From NCBI RefSeq assembly GCF_964204645.1, contig NC_134027.1, positions 23,398,560-23,462,559 on the forward strand: a DNA stretch of 64,000 bases, written 5' to 3'. The DNA is from Tubulanus polymorphus. Lineage: Eukaryota; Animalia; Nemertea. This document shows positions 61,005 through 64,000 of this stretch, one piece after another. The notes below the pieces were generated by a model. That model saw nothing but the letters and a program-made list of their open reading frames with translations, had not been told where the DNA came from and did not search any database. The position numbers and the translations under genes are program-made. Numbering within the stretch: position 1 is the first letter of the stretch; the number at the start of each line of letters is the position of its first letter.

Positions 61005-62399
61005 CTCAAATGAATGAATTATCTATCAACCAGACACATCCACGGGTTACTACCACATTCTGCAACATAATCATCGACTATTAGATATCTTATTTGAACA
61101 GCAATTATGTTCATACATGATGATGCCTAGTATCAGGGGCTTTGGAAGCAATTTTTTATTGCAGTGGCCAAATACCGATTTTGGACAGGTTCTAAATATT
61201 GCCGCGGCGAATTTACTTAATTTCTTCAAAAATGTGGTATTCAAAGAAAAAAAAACGTCATTCAGTAAAGTATTGCCGCAGCTTTCGCTGCTGCAGGAGT
61301 ATGCGTCGTTATTCCTGGTGTCCTGTGTGGGTCGATGTACACTACGTCATCGATACAAGCGTTTCGAAATATCAATTACAACTTTGAATAATGTTATCAA
61401 ATATATTCGATAACTCTTTATTTCATATTTTTATAACTAATTCTGAGAGGATGCGCACTACGTCATCAATGCATACATACATGTACCGGTATATGTATAT
61501 AACAGCTAGACTGGTTTCTGGTCAATTCAACTATTCATACAATCAAATCCAAAATAACTTAGTTGACCCTTAGTATAAGCCCCAGTAATTTATATTTCAT
61601 TATTAAGCAATAAGTCTATATTTGTCTTTTTTTCAAGCGACTTTTCCTGTTTTAGGCCAGCTCCTTGCCATATTTAATACTACGGATACAGCTTGAATGC
61701 CTGATCTGTAGGGACCCCGTATTTCTCAAAGGGACCCGACTTGTCGACTTCAATTTCTTGAAAACACTGAGGACCGACCCACCGGCGTAATGTAATGCGG
61801 GAGACAAGGAGGCTAAAAAGCCATTGGTCAGCGACATAACCTTAAAAGCGCGCAAAAATGGATACAGGGAGCATTGATATATTTCACGAGAACAAGAGCA
61901 AGTCATCTAACACATAGAAACTTTTAGGCAAAACCATGAGACATAAGTAAGACTTATTAATTTCTTAGGAGCGCCTTCATAAAAAAACATTTTTACATAC
62001 CTACACCACAAAGGACACTAAATGTCTGTTATAACTTATACAACTATGTATGTGTTGTATAGTATAGGCCTATTTAGCCCAAGCCCCCAGGCAAATAATG
62101 TCAATGACAATGACATGATAAATGATGACGCTTATAAGTTAGGCAACTATGCCCCCTGAATTACGACACTGGGGAATTAATTTTCTTCATCGATTGCAAA
62201 TAGTTTCATAAATAGTTTTATTTCAGTAATTAGTGCGTCAATTTTGTCATCCAGTGAACAGAACACCTCCCGTCGTGTTGAAACAAATTTCGGATTTCGC
62301 AATTTATGGATACGAAAATGATTTCTGCAATAAAACCGGAACGTAATGTTCGATGAAATAATGGTTTCGAGCTAATTTCGCCACTTACTCGAATATCTA

Positions 62400-63116
62400 A
62401 GCGTTGAAATGTCACTTGAAGCGTTTTCTGTCAAAAACTGGGAAGCGTCCCAAGATACTACGCGCACGCGCGTTGATAATTTCCGTTATTGCGCAATCTC
62501 AATACAATACAAAACAATTTATTGTCCATAACATAAATAAATACATGTAAATTGTTCGATTTTATTATCGTTTTCCATTAACTAACATACTAAATCTAGA
62601 TTCATCAGTCGATTTATTACCAGAAATATCAAGAAAGTATAATTCAATTCAACTCAAAAATTTATTCAGTAAATATCATATAAATGATCAGCGGCTGAAC
62701 AAAATAAAATTACAACAAATGTGTTAAAAAAGTTAAAAATACGCAAATAAGATAACCATGCTGTGAAAAACAAGTGCTTTATTCGTTATCTCATATGTTG
62801 CTTTTATGCTGGTCTTGCCTTTCAAAATTTTTCTTTTATAGTTTAAATCTTAAATTTGTTATGAACGTTCTAAACGTTCGTATTCTGTGTCTTAGCAGGG
62901 AGGTGGGAGACCTCCCTGGTCTTAGTTAGGCATTTTCCTCAATTTCGCCAATAAGTTCGGTTTGAATTGAAATTCCGGAAACTACCGATCGGGCTTCGGC
63001 AATCTCCGTCGTGTTGACGCTTCACTTCCTCTTCCTGTTTTAATTATTAGGTCCAGCTGGATTGAAAGCCGGTTTTGGATCAGAATCCTCGTTCATCTCG
63101 GTTATCAAACGCAAAA
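62400..63116. promoter_or_regulatory. Probable divergent promoter region of NEK11 and SSR1
   Basis: Head-to-head start codons about 2.1 kb apart; ETS-like CCGGAA (about 62975) and CTTCCT motifs (about 63026-63037); CGCGCACGCGCG at 62461. Confidence 0.4.
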
Positions 63117-63993
63117 ATGGCAAGATTTTTCGGCAGATTATTGTTGGTGCTGTTACTGGTGTTCCCGTCCACGGTGCTGTTTACTGCTAACGGTAAAACC
63201 TCGAAATAATCGTAAATGAAATTCGGTGTTTAAATTCGTTACCTCTATACCATACGTGGCACCCGGAAATAGGTGTTAAAACGTCTGAAAATCTGAAATT
63301 ATCACTTTATATACTTTTTTACGGTTGGATATATTAGTCCCGACCATTGTTGATAATTGATTTGAAGTCGCCTCTGTTTTTTAAAGTGAAAGCAAGTTTC
63401 CAAGTTTAAATGATTAGAAAGTTCCTTAAAAATTAATTTTGGTTTGCTCCGCTCTAATACTTAATAGGCCTAGAGCCTGTAGACTCCATCAACATCATCG
63501 AAATTAGGGTTAAGGTTCTATATAAGATAAAAATCTGTTCCCAGGACCACCAAATGAGATAAACCGTGCCGGAAGGGTCTAAAATTGAGGTGATGCGGTT
63601 ATCCCCATCCCTACCTACCCAAAAATGACTTGATTTTTAGGGTCCTTGTAATATAATCTTTTAGTGAATACTGTTAAAAACAGCCGGTAGCTTCTTCTAA
63701 GTTATACACGCAAAAGAAAGAATTGATTGATTTTATCTCCGATGTTCGTTTGGTTTTAGATTCGCCCTCGTTTATGGTGACGGCTCAGGACGCGTCGGAA
63801 GATTCCGTCGACGGAGAAGATAACGAGGACACGGTCGTGGAAACGGACGACCCGGCTGCGGCAGCCGGCGCCGATGCCGGAACGGTAACGGCGACTCAAG
63901 ACGAAGAGGAATCCGACGATAAACCGTTGAAACCGTCGCCCGACGCCGATACGAAACTGATCTTCACCAAACCGGCGATTACCGGCAAGATAG
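63117..63993 (+). CDS. SSR1: Translocon-associated protein alpha (signal sequence receptor 1), first two exons; continues beyond window
   Basis: Exon 63117-63192 MARFFGRLLLVLLLVFPSTVLFTAN; exon 63760-63993 ..AQDASEDSVDGEDNEDTVVETDD..KPSPDADTKLIFTKP. Matches the TRAP-alpha signal peptide (LLLVFPxTVL), acidic region and SPxADT motif. Confidence 0.9.
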
Positions 63994-64000
63994 GTGAGAA

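Overview
Eukaryotic, intron-rich, AT-rich animal DNA; an invertebrate, probably lophotrochozoan, origin is my inference only. Bases 1-33.9 kb are a recent tandem array (unit about 12-13.2 kb) of a 15-exon DBH/MOXD1-like copper monooxygenase gene. Copy A is 5'-truncated by the window; copies B and C are complete, about 801 aa each. Each complete copy encodes a signal peptide, two DOMON domains joined by a (PTPE)n linker, both Cu type II monooxygenase domains with all Cu ligands, and a hydrophobic C-terminus. The three copies are sequence mosaics of each other. Downstream lie a single-exon rhodopsin-type peptide-receptor-like GPCR (+), an intronless CpG-rich porcupine gene (+), a 15-exon NEK11 (-) and the first two exons of SSR1/TRAP-alpha (+, divergent from NEK11). 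Non-coding DNA is dense in MITEs/foldbacks, tRNA-derived SINEs, a LINE 3' fragment and minisatellites. It also holds several small hairpin elements carrying minimal Penelope-type hammerhead ribozyme motifs; one has all stems intact and lies in sense orientation in a NEK11 intron. All gene models were spliced by hand from GT-AG boundaries and reading frame; no database searches were run.
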